A stretch of 63,986 nt of DNA, the filler included, from Perkinsus olseni (lineage: Eukaryota): NCBI GenBank assembly GCA_013115125.1. It is 4 parts of 4 records of this genome, joined end to end, with 100 filler letters (N's around TTAATTAATTAA, not from the genome) between each part and the next. Parts side by side here need not be neighbours in the genome. Positions count along the whole stretch, not along the records: positions 35,074 to 52,488 come from JABANN010000648.1; 3 more parts are not named here. One strand, written 5' to 3'. Shown here one piece after another: positions 36,097-48,713 of the stretch (the first letter of the stretch is position 1; each line of letters begins with the position of its first letter). Made by a program: the position numbers and the translations under genes. Under the pieces are notes generated by a model that was not told the DNA's origin, made no database searches, and saw nothing but the letters and a program-made list of their open reading frames with translations.

Positions 36097-39000
36097 TCAA
36101 CCTCTTCCCAGGTCAAGGCCGTCCGCATTTCGAAGTCGCTGTTGGCCATCCATGTCGCCGCCATCCGGGTTCATCACAGAATTTCTAAAAAAAGATCAAA
36201 TCGATCGCGTGATCGATTTGCCCGAACCCAAACCTACGAAGCCTGATCATCTGCATCATCCTCCATCGCTAAACGAATATATCTGAAAACAAACGTTTTC
36301 TTGTCGCTCGCGAAAAATCCCCGAAAATTTTAGGAAAAATTTTCGGAAATTCGCCCAATATAGTAAAATCCTCACGTAGCATTGAACTCATTTTATTTCG
36401 TAATTCTCCAACCCCCCAAGCAATTACGGAAAAAATCTCAAAAATTTCGAATATTTTTCTGCAAAAATTCTCCACCAAACCAGCGGACCACCCCAAAAGA
36501 TTTCAACTGCGGGCAGAAAAATATTTTTACGAAAAATTCGCAAAAAATTCCGCCAATTTCCTCACTCTTGCGCGCAAAAACGGTCCCAATCGCTGTAGTC
36601 CGGATGCTCCAGCTGCTCCTGTTTTATAGAGAAGGGGTCTCGTTGCTCGTACCTGAGCACGGATAAATCGATCACTCGGGCGCGCGCTGAATTAAATCGC
36701 ACCAGAAAAAGAGGATACTATTAAATACGGACTGAGAAGATTAGCGTCACCACGCCACGAAATTGAGAGCGACTGTACTGCAGTTGGTAGTCGTCAAAAC
36801 ACATTTGGCGTTGAGGAAATGCAAGAGAGCAAGTCATGGTGCTCTGCTGCGAATCTTTAAAGTGCGCAGGTTCAAAAGATACGTCATCCCTGCTCACGCT
36901 AGGAACTTGTTCAAGCTCAGCAAAATGCTGAAAAAGATTCCCGAAATCTTCCGCGTGCGCTTGAAATCCTCCAATTCAAATTGACCTTCCTGCTCCGGCC
37001 TGAACAAGAAAAAAAATTCCGGAAAAATTCCGGAATAATTTCGGGGCGCGCGACGGTGTTACATGATTAGATCGTTCATTTGACACAGAATATCTTGAAA
37101 TTGGACAGCTTCTTGATGAAGGCACTCAAGCCGTTGAACTTGCTCGAGATAAAAATACCTGCTCACATCAATGGTGACCAAATCGATCACCAGGGCGAGC
37201 GCTACTTACGCCATCTCATGATCCCTGATCACACCGTCACCGTCCAAGTCAACCAACTTGAAGAAATACTCCAATGACGTGTCAGTCGTCTTGTCCTCGT
37301 CCGAAATCAAAAACCCTGACAAATCGATCAACTGGGCGCGCGCTTTTTACAAATATGAGGGGGCTCACAACAGAAGTCTTCGTAACCCATTTTTCCGGGG
37401 ATGCCGGAGATGAACTTTGCCGGAATTTCCGAGAATATCCGGTCGATCGCTTTCCGAGAAAACGCGTGGCCATCGTACTTGAGCAGATCATCCTGACAAG
37501 AGTATCTTTAGGTCGAGCATGCAAGATGCAGACGAGGTTCGTGCAATTGAATCTTCAGGTCAATCACGTAAGATACAGAAGAGGTCAAGATACGTGATCT
37601 TGACGTGTGAATAATTTCCGCAGAGTGAACGAATCTTCCCCTCAATCATGTAAGATACAGAAAAGGTCAACACGAAACAATTTCCGGGCGCGCGAGAAAA
37701 CCCTCGAACCGTTTCTTACTTTATCCAGTAGGAAATCATGGTCTTCATCCAGCTCCCAAAATTTGCAATATAAAACGTAAAAATGTTCATAGGAAAAGTA
37801 CGCGCGTATCTTGTTGATATCTTCGCACTGGTCGAGCTCGAGCCAGGTATCCACCAGGGACGGTCGGGACCTCTGACAATGACCGAAAATTACGATAGGA
37901 AATTTTCCGAGAATCACAAGAAAAATCACAAAATAATTACAAAAATAATTGCAAAAATTTGCCGAAAAATACCGAAAATCTAAAATTTAATTTCAGGTGA
38001 ATTTCGTCGCGCAGTTTGAAACAAGCGTGAAAAAATATGAGTAAAACAGCGGAGCGAAAATCTGAAAATGAAAACATTCAGCGATAACGGTAACTGAGAA
38101 GTCCACGGTCGTTTCTGAAGATTCCGCATTCTCTGTAAAAATTCTAACATAATATTTTCCCAACATAATCGATCAACCGTTTCACAATGCTCACATTTAA
38201 ATCTCTCAAAGTAATTCGTCCCAACTGTCGCGAATCGCAACAGTAGAAGATTCTACACAAAACCGTGTCCGTGTACCGATCTTGAAACTCGGGCGTATCT
38301 TGCAGGAACTCCAAACCCGGGTGGGTGTCCAGCAAAACTGATAAGAAAAATGCAATGCAATTAGCGCTCGCCCAGTTGATCGATTTACCCCAAACGAACT
38401 CTCGGAAGTCGTTTTTAACGATAAACTCGCACGTATCTTTCCGCACTATATTGAAGAAGTTCTCATAGGCCTTGCCAAGCTCCAGGCCGATACCGCGCCA
38501 GTATCTAAAAAGTTGAGAAATTGCAAGATTGCAAGATTCAGAAAGCGTCACTGCGCCACGAAATTACTTCACAAACATATCTTTTGTTACGGCCGCGCTT
38601 TCATCAGCTCCATTGAAAGAGCGTATCCGACGCAAAATAGGGTCTGCGAAATACCTGGCAAAATAATGTCGCGCGCCACGAAATTAAAAGTGGCGAAAAA
38701 AGAAGGCGGAGCGAAGCACAGCTCACATCGACACGCAAAGTTGTTCACTGCAGAACGTCTGCCATATAGAAAAGCAATCCTCGTCCATTGGGTCGATTGG
38801 ACCTGAGTAAAAACGTCACAATCCCGGAATAAATCCCCCACTCAGACGATTCTGACGCTCCTCTGGCGCCAAGTTACTCAACCGATCCGGACGCCGAGAA
38901 TCGCGAGAAAAACCGAAACAAAAAACGCTTCGCTCCGCTAACCTCCCAGTTCTTCAAACAGTTGACTGATGACCTCCTTTTCTCGCGTCGTCAACGGATC

Positions 39001-41152
39001 TGTCGCGCGCCTCGATTTTACCGGTATGTAAAATCTCGGAATTACATCAGCACCTCGACCGATCAATGAGGGGGCCTGAAGATGTGCATGCGTGCAAATA
39101 CTTCATACCACTCCTTCCGTAACTCTCAGTTGACATATTCAAAAGACTAAGAGATTTCTCGGGATCACCACCATCGAAGGTCCGCCCACAAATCATGGTC
39201 AACGACAGTGGGCAATTTCATATCGAATCATGATACCACTACCTCCGTAACTCTCAGTTAACATATTCGAGAGAGTAAAAGAGATCTCCGGCATCATCAT
39301 CATCAACACTAAAGGCTCACCCTCGATTTATGACGATAATTCTGGTAATTTTTTTTCGAATTTTATACCACTCCCTGCGCAACTCTCGGTTTACTTATTC
39401 GGAAGATGGAGGAGTGATTCACTAAGAGATATCTTTGGAATCATCACCATTGAAGGCCCTCCCTCGAATCACATACGTAATCTTCATAAAATCTTCGCGG
39501 TGCGCGACGAGCGTATCAAAGATACGAGCGATAAGTGAGTGATATCATACCGCTCCTTCCACAATTGCCGATGTGCTCAGTTAGGGGCTCTCTGTAGCGT
39601 TGACATGCAGTGCAATCAGACAGATTGTCAGGAAGCTTTCCTCAGGGGTACATTCAACCAGAGAAGCTTCCTTCCCTCCCAGCAAGATGCGCTTACGCAT
39701 CCGGGAGGCGGTCTTTATATCAAATTTTGATACCCCCCTGATCCCCCGATTTTCTCTACAATTTACCATACCACTCCTTCCACAATTTCTGCTGGATTCC
39801 ACTCACCCCCTCAATGCTGGTCATCATTGCCTTCTTGGGCGTCGCCCCGGACTCCGAGCTGGCCACCGTCAGCTGTCCCGAAGCCGCGCCGCCCTTGGGA
39901 CTCGACCGATTGCTCGGCGAGGTAACTTTCTGCCTGCCGTTCGAAAGGTCGCCGGATCGAATCCTACCCCCTCCCTTACTGTTTTTCCACAACAGGCGAC
40001 TGGTCGGCATCAGATGTCCTAAACATTCAGTACAACCTAATCCGTATCCTCCTCGCTTCAACCTAAGATTCCCTCACCTCCTCCCCGGCGATTTCGGTGT
40101 AATAACTGCACTAGCAGGCGGGCTCGCATCCTTCAAAGTGAAGTATCTGCCGGTAATCGAAAGGTCCCCGGTTCAATCCTCGGCATCTCCATCACGGTGG
40201 CGGTGCTCCGAGCAGCTCCTCTTCCCACGATCCATTGGCGCCTCCCGGGCTATGTGACGGCGACCTGTAAAAATAAAAACTCATCAGAAATTCAGCAGAA
40301 AAAATATTTTTCTGAATTTTCCCAGTGATACCATCTCGATACCAGTATTTCTGATTACTAAATTTTAACTTTCCTCGACATACCCCTCCCCCATTCCCAT
40401 TACATCTCCTGAGCACTTTTCGGCGTCGGCCTTGAAACTCACACTAACTCTAAGAATTTTTTTCGGCTGTGTGGAAGAATTAAACTCTTCCATGCACCCG
40501 AAAAAAATTTTTTTCCACTCCTATTCTTCATGCAATCATTCTTGCCCTTCTTTGAGCGACTCAGTTAGCCTTGAGTCACGACCATTGATGAAACAATTTC
40601 GATTCTCACTGTCTTCCAACAGAAGACAGTTTCGAAATTCCGAAGTCTCGACGAAGACGCTTTCAGGGAGCACTTTCGTGAGCAAAGCAAAATCGCTCCA
40701 ACCGGCCAAGGATATTCATCGCGGGGTAAGAACTTTCCGAAAAATAGTCAGAATTTTTCCTACTCAGAAAAAATAGAATTCCGTCCACCAGAGCAGATTT
40801 CTATACATATTAACCATACAAATCAAATATCAACGGATAATCATCGTCCGCGAAATTTTACGAAAATTTCCCGAAATTTTCCGGAAATTTCCTGAAAAAA
40901 TTTACTTACAATCCAAGACCAGCACTAGGCGATCGAGTGGTCGCCGGAATAGCCGTACCGGACACCGGCGTATTGTGAGGAGAACTCGCTAGGGCGGCGA
41001 GAGTGGCAGCATCTGCGTTGAGAAAATGCAAGAGGGAGCAAGATTGCAAGATCACCGTTATTTGCTAGAGCCACCAGTCTTTTGACGAGCTTCGCTGCCT
41101 GTGGTGTCGAAAGCCAATCTTGGAAGAACTCGTCCATCTTGCAACTCACCAT
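36097..41152 (-). CDS. PPP2R3: Protein phosphatase 2A regulatory subunit B'' (PR72/PR130 EF-hand family), multi-exon
   Basis: Diagnostic blocks: [101 protein letters not shown] (EF hand); EQRDPF...[17 protein letters not shown]. Spliced stop at 36097; start approximate. Confidence 0.92.
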
Positions 41153-41589
41153 ACCATACCTGAAAAAAAACTTCGCTCCGCCGACGTATCTTTCAACCTC
41201 ATGAAAGACCAGCTCAACCTCTGCGTACAATTTTGCTACAAACGGATACGATGCAAGTTCCATCTTGCAATCTTGCATTTCCTCAACGGCCCACTTACAT
41301 ATCCATATCAACCGGAACGTCATCTTCCGGCGGCCTCGTAACGCTGAGCCGTACTTCCGTTGGACTAGACTGAAGGGTCATAGCAGGGAAGATAACATCA
41401 CAACGCTACAGTGGGTAATCCAAAGGTCCCCGGTTCTATCCCCAGTCAAGACACTTTGAACGCAACCCATGCGTGTAAATATTCAATACCACACCCTCGG
41501 TAAATAACATGAAGGCCGCCCTATTTAAAACGCGATTCTCTCGTCCTAAAACCGAAATCGATCGCCAGGGCGAGCGCTTTTTACAACCT

Positions 41590-43070
41590 TCCCAGATCCA
41601 CCTTGCTATGCTAGGCCGGGCAGTTGGATCCTCATTAAACTTCACGAAAGATTTATAGTTTCGAGTCTCGGCGCCGTTTTGGACTCGAGTCGCTTGGAGT
41701 CGCTGAAAGTTATATAACAGTAAAAAATGAAATCGATCAACCGTTTCATACTAATTTTATATTTTGGTGAATTGCATCCGCCATCCCTCGGTCTCTCTCC
41801 AAAATACTCTTCGCACGAAATAACTTCCGTGTCGGCTCGCTCCCATCTCGCCGGGCGATAGCTTCAACCTAAGATTCCCAAAGATTCTCCGGACGATAGC
41901 TTCAACCTAAGATTCCCAAAGATATGCTGTAAGCTAACCTTCGAGAGGTTCCCAGGATACCCAGAAGATATCACGATCAAATTTCCTCTATAAAAGCTAC
42001 ACCAAAACGCTCATATCGATCACCCGATCGATTTACTTCAGGATTCTTCTTCATTATTTTCCACTGACTGTTTAGCAAATCTGCTTTCAGTCGAGTAACA
42101 TCGCTCCGCCATTGCGATGAACTCGGCCTTCCAACTAAGATACCTTGCGATTGCGCACGCGGAAGATTCCTCTGCTCGCCCGAGTGAAAGATTCTCTCTT
42201 CATACCTGCCACCAGCAACCCCACGATTCACCAAAGGAGTGGTATACATTCCCAACCCTCACAGTATAATCGTGCGCGAAATACTCCCATCACCGGAAAT
42301 TTTCGCACAATTTTTCTTACATCACAAGGAGATGCGTATCTTATGTTGATTATGGACGTTCACGAGTGTGGCTCCCTTCCAACCGCGCACTTCGCTCCGA
42401 TTTTCGCAAAAATTATAAAAAATTTTCACAAAATTCCTCGGAATTTTCCGCATGCTCGCCAATAAAGTTTAAAGTTTAAAAACCAAAGTTTAAAAACTGC
42501 AAAACCTCTCCAATAAGAACCACGTCAAAATCAGTTTCTTCTTCATGAAGTATCTTAGGTCACCCTATATACACCACGCTTCAACCTAAGATACCCTTTG
42601 GTACAACTCCTGATCATCCTTCAAGCCTTTCTCGAATCGATATTTCCGGGACGCTTCCTTAAGCGATTTAATACAGATGTCAAAATCAGCCAATATCTTC
42701 TCCCGCCTCGCAGCCCTAGCCTCCTGAAGCAAATCGATCATCCGGGCGAGCGCTTTTTCAAACCGCAATACTACCTTCCGAGCAACGTTCGAATCCTCTC
42801 GCGCTCTTTGCTTCCGCGCATGCTTCAGACGATCCGCCGCCCGGAAAAAAGTAGGAACAGAGCGACTCAACTGCGTTGAGGAAATGCAAGATCGCAAGTT
42901 TCACAATCTTAACTCACCAAAGCCACTCCTGCGATTCCGCTAGAGGCAGGATTTCTGAGGAACACAGCCAGAATCTTGCAATCTCGCATTTCCTCAACGC
43001 ATAAACTTACACTTGCGACTTGCTCGCATGTGACGTAGTTGGAGCTGTCAATGTCTGACAGTACCATAAT
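41590..43070 (-). CDS. Hypothetical multi-exon protein (charged, coiled-coil-like)
   Basis: Minus-strand exon-like pieces (AADRLKHARKQRARED; LQEARAARREKILADFDICIKSLKE; WRSDVTRLKADLLNSQWKIMKK) separated by short introns carrying the same motifs as PP2A introns. Confidence 0.4.
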
Positions 43071-46000
43071 TTCGCTAATTCGTACGAATTCGAAATCCTA
43101 CCCGCTGTCGGCGAGGCCCTTGAGAAGGCCGCGATCTGGCAGTTGACGGCCGGGACAAGCGAGCACCGTCACGCGCCTGAAAAATTTTCAGAAAAGTTAG
43201 ACCGAAAAATCCGAGCGATGATTCGAAGCCAACGCTGCGCGTATCTTTTCAATAACTTCAACCTCCTTCCCACATCAACAGTGAAGTTTTTCCCCGGGTA
43301 AAAACGCCCTGCTGATCGACTACGGTCAGACGACACAACTACCATCACTGTGAGTTTGCGTGCGAAATATGATATATCAGGGAATGAAAATTTGCTGTTC
43401 ACAAGTCAGAGGGTTGAAGCACGGAAGAAACAGAAAAAAAGATGCACCGAAAAATTCAAGCAACTCCCACCTAAGCCCGCCGTTCAATAAAGTAATTCTG
43501 ACAATCAAGATTTTGAAAATTCAAATTCAAAATTCAAACTGAGATTTTGAAAATTCTGGAAAATATTTTTACGCGTAAAATGCGGTTCCAAAATCGCCTG
43601 TGATTTTCAGAATCGGTGTATTAAACGACCCCAGGACGTAAAGGGGGTTCGCGAAAAAAACTGAAAACACTTGGCAAGCCACGCCTTTTCATTCGTACTG
43701 AAACGGTTACACCCTAGAGCTTGAAACGACAATCAAAGATACTTTTCAGTGACACTCATGACATACACGGAATAGGTCGAATCACATACGGATACGCCAC
43801 CAACGTAGCTTAAAACTTCTCTTCCGAAAAAAAACTCGAAAAATTTCTTTCATAATAATACTTTCTTATATAAGAGCATACCGCACGCTCAACAAGAAAC
43901 TCAGTCAACTTTCACAATTATGAATTCTGAATTTTCGGCTTCGACGCCGAAAATCCACAACATCAAAAATACCGTCGAAAAAAGCTCAACAACTCAGTGA
44001 AAATTAATCAACAACAAATGGCAGTTTACTCAAAATTCTATCGTGCAGGGCTGAACGTGTCACCAGCAACTGCTGACGATCATCATCGCTAACTATTACT
44101 ACGATAAAGGTAATAACTATAGCCTACTATCAGAAACGGTTGAGACCGAACATAAATTATGATATACCGTAATCTACGTAGAAGAATTAAATTATCATCA
44201 CGCGCGTACCAAAAAAAACTTTTCATGAAATATATGAATTATTTTTTCTAATTCATGAATCATAATCATGCTCTTATACAGTAGATACGGCATCTCAGCA
44301 CAGAGCAGCAACGACAAGCCGGCTTCGGAGTGCTGACGAGATTTGGGCGTGGTGTGGTACGCCAAAACTGGCGTATCCAGCCCCCGGTCCTTTACTACCT
44401 TTCCGAAACATACGCGCAAAAGGACTTGCGCTATAATGCGGTCGTCGATAATTTCGTGGCGCGTGACGATGACATTGGCTGGAGCACTGAGCGGCCGTTT
44501 GTGATGGTCGTGCTCAACCCCAAGATGCGTCTTAGAGCGACCCGTGCCCTCTGGATACGTGCCTGATCGGATCTGCAGGTCGGAGGAATCTTTTCAACTC
44601 GCGAAAAGCCATGATCGACCTGTCACACCAAAGATACGTTTCTTGATACTCTCAGTGATCGGGCGCAAATTTGAACGACGCATTAGGAAGCAAGCCGAAT
44701 ACAGGCGTATCCAAGGTCGACCCTTGCATCATACAAAAATGATATCAGCATTCTCCCTGCCTATCATGACCAAGACGGTAAGTCATAGTGTGAAGAGCGG
44801 AAGTTGTGGTATTCACCAATTCCCAGGGTCTTAAAACTACGCACGCGCGAGGACCGTTCGTAGTTCCACAACAAGCTACTTCTTTTCCGTGAAAACGAAC
44901 ATTCACAAATACCCGGCGAAAAATTCTCTCCTATTTCCGAAGTCGTACCAGAATCGAAAATTTTTATTTTTGTAACAGGTTACCACTTTTTCGTCCAACG
45001 GAATGAACTCAGAATGAAACGAAATCGATAATTAATATCGAAGATGTATAATAATTCCCACAGTCTGAATTTCGATAATGAATTTTTCAACAACATTCTC
45101 TCCGCGCCAAAAATAAAATTGCAAAAAATTCCGCACAAACTAGGAGAAAACTTTTTTACCGAAAACTTCCAGAACCGAAAATTTGAAGTTCATAACCGGT
45201 TGTGACTTCTCCGACTAACGAAATTTCACGTAAAGCAAGAGAGCGAAAATTTCCATGACGAATGCCAAACATCTCCATCCGCAAGTGGTATCCAAAAAAT
45301 CCTCAGGAGAAAAATTTGACACGGAAATAATTATCGACGGTAAGATATTCTTTCTCGAGTGTTACCGGAGCCGAAAATACTTAATTCATAACACGTAACC
45401 ACCCTTGCTAGGAGAAGTCCCAAAAAGCAATACAATGACAAGCATTAAGGGATGCTCGATAAACTTCAAGTTTCCATCAAAACTCGCGTTCTCTCTAGCC
45501 AAAGAAAAACACAGAAAAAATTCCAAAAACGCCAAGATACAACTTTTCCTCCCAGTACTACCAAAGTCCTGCCCGGCCACACCCGCTGAACCCTTGCAAT
45601 TTCGATTTACATCACCTGATAAGACCATTCTCCATGTTTCGGAAATTCGCCGACCAACCGAAAATCACTGGCGCGTTCCTCTCACGACGAGACCATTTCC
45701 CGATCCAGCAACGGTGTCAGATTTTTCCAGTTCAATAACAGGCGATCAATATTCTGCGCAAATGGGGAAATTTGAGTAACGGCAGTGAAAACAGTACACC
45801 AAAAGAATCAGAACCACAAAACATAAATCACAACAACCAAAGCGACATCCGCTGGCAAAGTATGCCCACTCGATACGCGTTTAATATTGAAGAAAGACGG
45901 CTTTCACGAGTTCTCAGTACGCTCGCTGAACAGGTTTTTGTTGAGTTCTACATTCTCTCGCTATCCTAGGAAACGGGTAACGAGGCCAGTGTCAAGGGTC

Positions 46001-46969
46001 CGACCTTCTCATAGCCGACGATGATTTCTGATGACAAAAGCGTAAAAACGAATGATGACCCTCTCTCCTGTCGTTGTTAACTGTTGACAGCGAACCAGCT
46101 GTGTTACCCGAAGTACCAAGGTCGGACTTTTCGAGAAGAATAATTGCACGAGTCCGCGCGGAAAGCGAGCTCCGCCAGGAAGGGCTCGCGTTGTTTTCAC
46201 TGTAAGACGCAAATGAAAACTGTATCGTGTGATACGGGTGAATCTTAAGTAAAGATACCATCACTCTAGGTTGACCTGCTGAGGCAAGATATTCTGGTAA
46301 TAGAGCTTGATCAGTCAGCGTCACTGCGCCACGAAATTCGCTCCTCCCCTATTACCGCTGTTCGCTACAGACATTCCCGTTTCTACTGCCTGCGACTCGG
46401 CCATGGGTGAGTCATAATGATGGGAGAAAGAATCTCTACAGTGGACTGCTTCGCGAACCCCACCCTTCCCTCCGGTCGAAGTCACCTGAGCGGCTCAATG
46501 GAGGCTTTCCTTATACATCGTGCTGTACATGGTATAATCGCCACGTCTCTCAGCACAAAGGGCGCCGGCTGTCACGCCAATTTTACGCAATACTGGTCTT
46601 CAAAAACTCTTCCGTCGCCAGCTGCTGCGGTCACCTGAGCGTCTCAAATAACTCTTAATTACCTTTCACATTAGAATTGTTGGTACAGTATAAGATTCAA
46701 GATTCGTTGCGTCGCAAAGAAACGCTCAAACGATTCCTGCAGGGCGCGCGCAGATCTTGGCCGGTGGTCCAGTCGGTAGCAACCGGAGTTTGTTTACTTT
46801 TTGTACTGACCTCGGCCCTCGGCCCTCGGCCCCGCGATAACGCTGAGGTGAAACCTGGGATTCGAACGGTGAAGCGACAGGAGAAGCGCTGCGCTGGATG
46901 CCGTGGCGCGCCGAAAAAATACAGGGAAAATGTAAGGTGCCGGGATCGAACCTGGAAGCCCACGCGGAC

Positions 46970-47071
46970 TCAAAATTAATGACATGGAATTTCGGTAACG
47001 ACTAAGGTACCAGGGAGTACCGTGAATCGCGGTACGTGATTATTGTACCTTGCAGGCACTACCTGCTGCAG
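46970..47071 (+). repeat. ~100-bp direct repeat copy 1 (ends in CTACCTGC-T-GCAGGTAG hairpin)
   Basis: Colinear with 48580-48681 at 1610-bp offset with few substitutions. Confidence 0.9.
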
Positions 47072-47411
47072 GTAGTACCTGCAACTTCAAGTAACTTGGC
47101 TGCTAGGTACAATGATTGTTCTACAAATTGTAGTACAATCGATTATCAGGTGACCTGCATGCTAAAAATGAAGGAAAGGAAAGGAAAAGAAGAGGGCCGG
47201 CAGGCTATTTGGCATGTCTACTACAGCCTGTGGTCCACAGAAGGCGGTCAACTTGCTCAGAGCAAGGTGTAACTTTAAGAGTTGAAGTTTAAGCTGCGCC
47301 GTACGAAACTCCAGCCATCCAGTTTATTCGAGGACGCCGATAAACAGTCTAGGAGTGGGCGCGACCGGTTGAGTCACTAACGCTGGTCCATGATGAAGTT
47401 AGTCTCAAATC

Positions 47412-47780
47412 TTGTTTCTTAGACGGCGCACCTTGGCCGTTGTGGACGACAAAACGAGCATCTTAAAAATTTCTGCCGGACACATCTTGGATGCGAATTC
47501 GGCTACAGTCAAGGTACTCTTCTCCGATGAGACAAGCCCTGATACCTGTCTGGCCCAGGCCCAGACAGTCTGGGCGTTGAATGTTGTGTCTTATTCGATG
47601 CATGCCGCTTGCAAATTCCACAACACTATCCACGTTGGGGCCAGATACTACTTCCGTAACGGCAGGGTCGTTCAGGCCCATTTTACGCTTAATAAGGGTG
47701 CCGATATCCAAGTGACTCACTGAGTGAATCCTGTTAGGTTCGTTATTAACGAATCGTCAGCTGAGAGTTGCGCATCTCAG
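47412..47780 (+). pseudogene. RPA70 (RPA1)-like OB-fold fragment
   Basis: LAVVDDKTSILKIS...VKVLFSDET...KFHNTIHVGARYYFRNGRVVQA...FVINESSAESC aligns by eye with RPA70 DBD-A (ARVTNKSQIRTWS...FSLELVDES...[22 protein letters not shown]...FNNETSVMPC). Confidence 0.6.
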
Positions 47781-48138
47781 TTCATTGGATCAAATTCAGA
47801 TCAAATCCGGTATGTCAGACATGGTTGGCCACAGTGGCCCCTGGGGCCACTGTGGCCAGACATACTATGTCTGCTATTATTGAAGCTTCCGACAACGTGC
47901 AGGATAGCATGGAAGTAACTGAGTTGAAGTAAATCCAACGACGGCCTTTTCATCAATCATTATCATCGAGGGTACCTTGATACACCGGCGATATATCGGT
48001 GATAGAAATCAAAACCGAGTTTCCTTAAAGGGAAAGTCATATCATCGAACGATTCCCACTCAACACTTAAAGTGGATTGAGTAATCTACTACTGTTTAGT
48101 TGATTTCTACTCGCACAACCCTAATGAATTCTTTCCAG

Positions 48139-48545
48139 TCAACGAGATGGTCTCGTCGAGACCCATTCAACCACGTGGGCTCTACAAGTTGGGGAACTGT
48201 TGTTATCTAAACGCGCGTTACTACACTGTTTAGGAAACAACGAGCGCTTGAGGGCTGCGATAGTCCACAAAGAGAGTTGCAACCACTCGAACGTGAGTTA
48301 TTTTGAACAACGGTTGTTCAACAACCAGTTGTTTTGGCTAGTCTGAGATATTCAGCAAACGGCATGCACCGAGTGTGCATTATCTCGCCTGCCGACGCAT
48401 CATCCGGATAGTGCCGCTTCGCTTGTTTATCCCACAGAAGTCAGAAATGGGGCCCCATTATGGGGGTCGATCAACCTGTAAGTTGGGACGTACTCAGGTT
48501 GTAGAGATGATGAACCGATCTTTACCTTTGAACGGAAACAACAGG
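48139..48545 (+). pseudogene. Ubiquitin-specific protease (peptidase C19) Cys-box fragment, frameshifted and truncated
   Basis: PRGLYKLGNCCYLNA, then after a frameshift near 48215 ALLHCL (consensus GLxNLGNTCYxNSxLQCL). Followed by CTECAL and FTFERKQQ. No His box before the repeat at 48580. Confidence 0.7.
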
Positions 48546-48579
48546 TGACAAATTTAGGGCACCCGAAAAAAATTCCGAT

Positions 48580-48713
48580 TCAAAATTAATGACTTGGAAA
48601 TTCGGTAACGACTAAGATACCAGGGAGTACCGTGAATCGCGGTCCGTGATGATTGTACGTTGCAGGCACTACCTGCTGCAGCCTGCAGCCTGCAGGTAGT
48701 GTCGTACTACTAG
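48580..48713 (+). repeat. Direct repeat copy 2, ending hairpin-8 nt-CTAG|T (Helitron-like 3' end)
   Basis: CACTACCTGC...GCAGGTAGTG stem, then TCGTACTA, CTAG (48710-48713), then T. Confidence 0.7.

Noticed and set aside
39105-39790. Regularly spaced repeats as a CRISPR-like array
   Set aside because: Intervening sequences are homologous to each other and the array lies inside the PP2A B'' gene.
43100-46700. Possible gene(s) in the AT-rich region
   Set aside because: Only short ORFs with no recognisable motif; strand and exon structure could not be supported.
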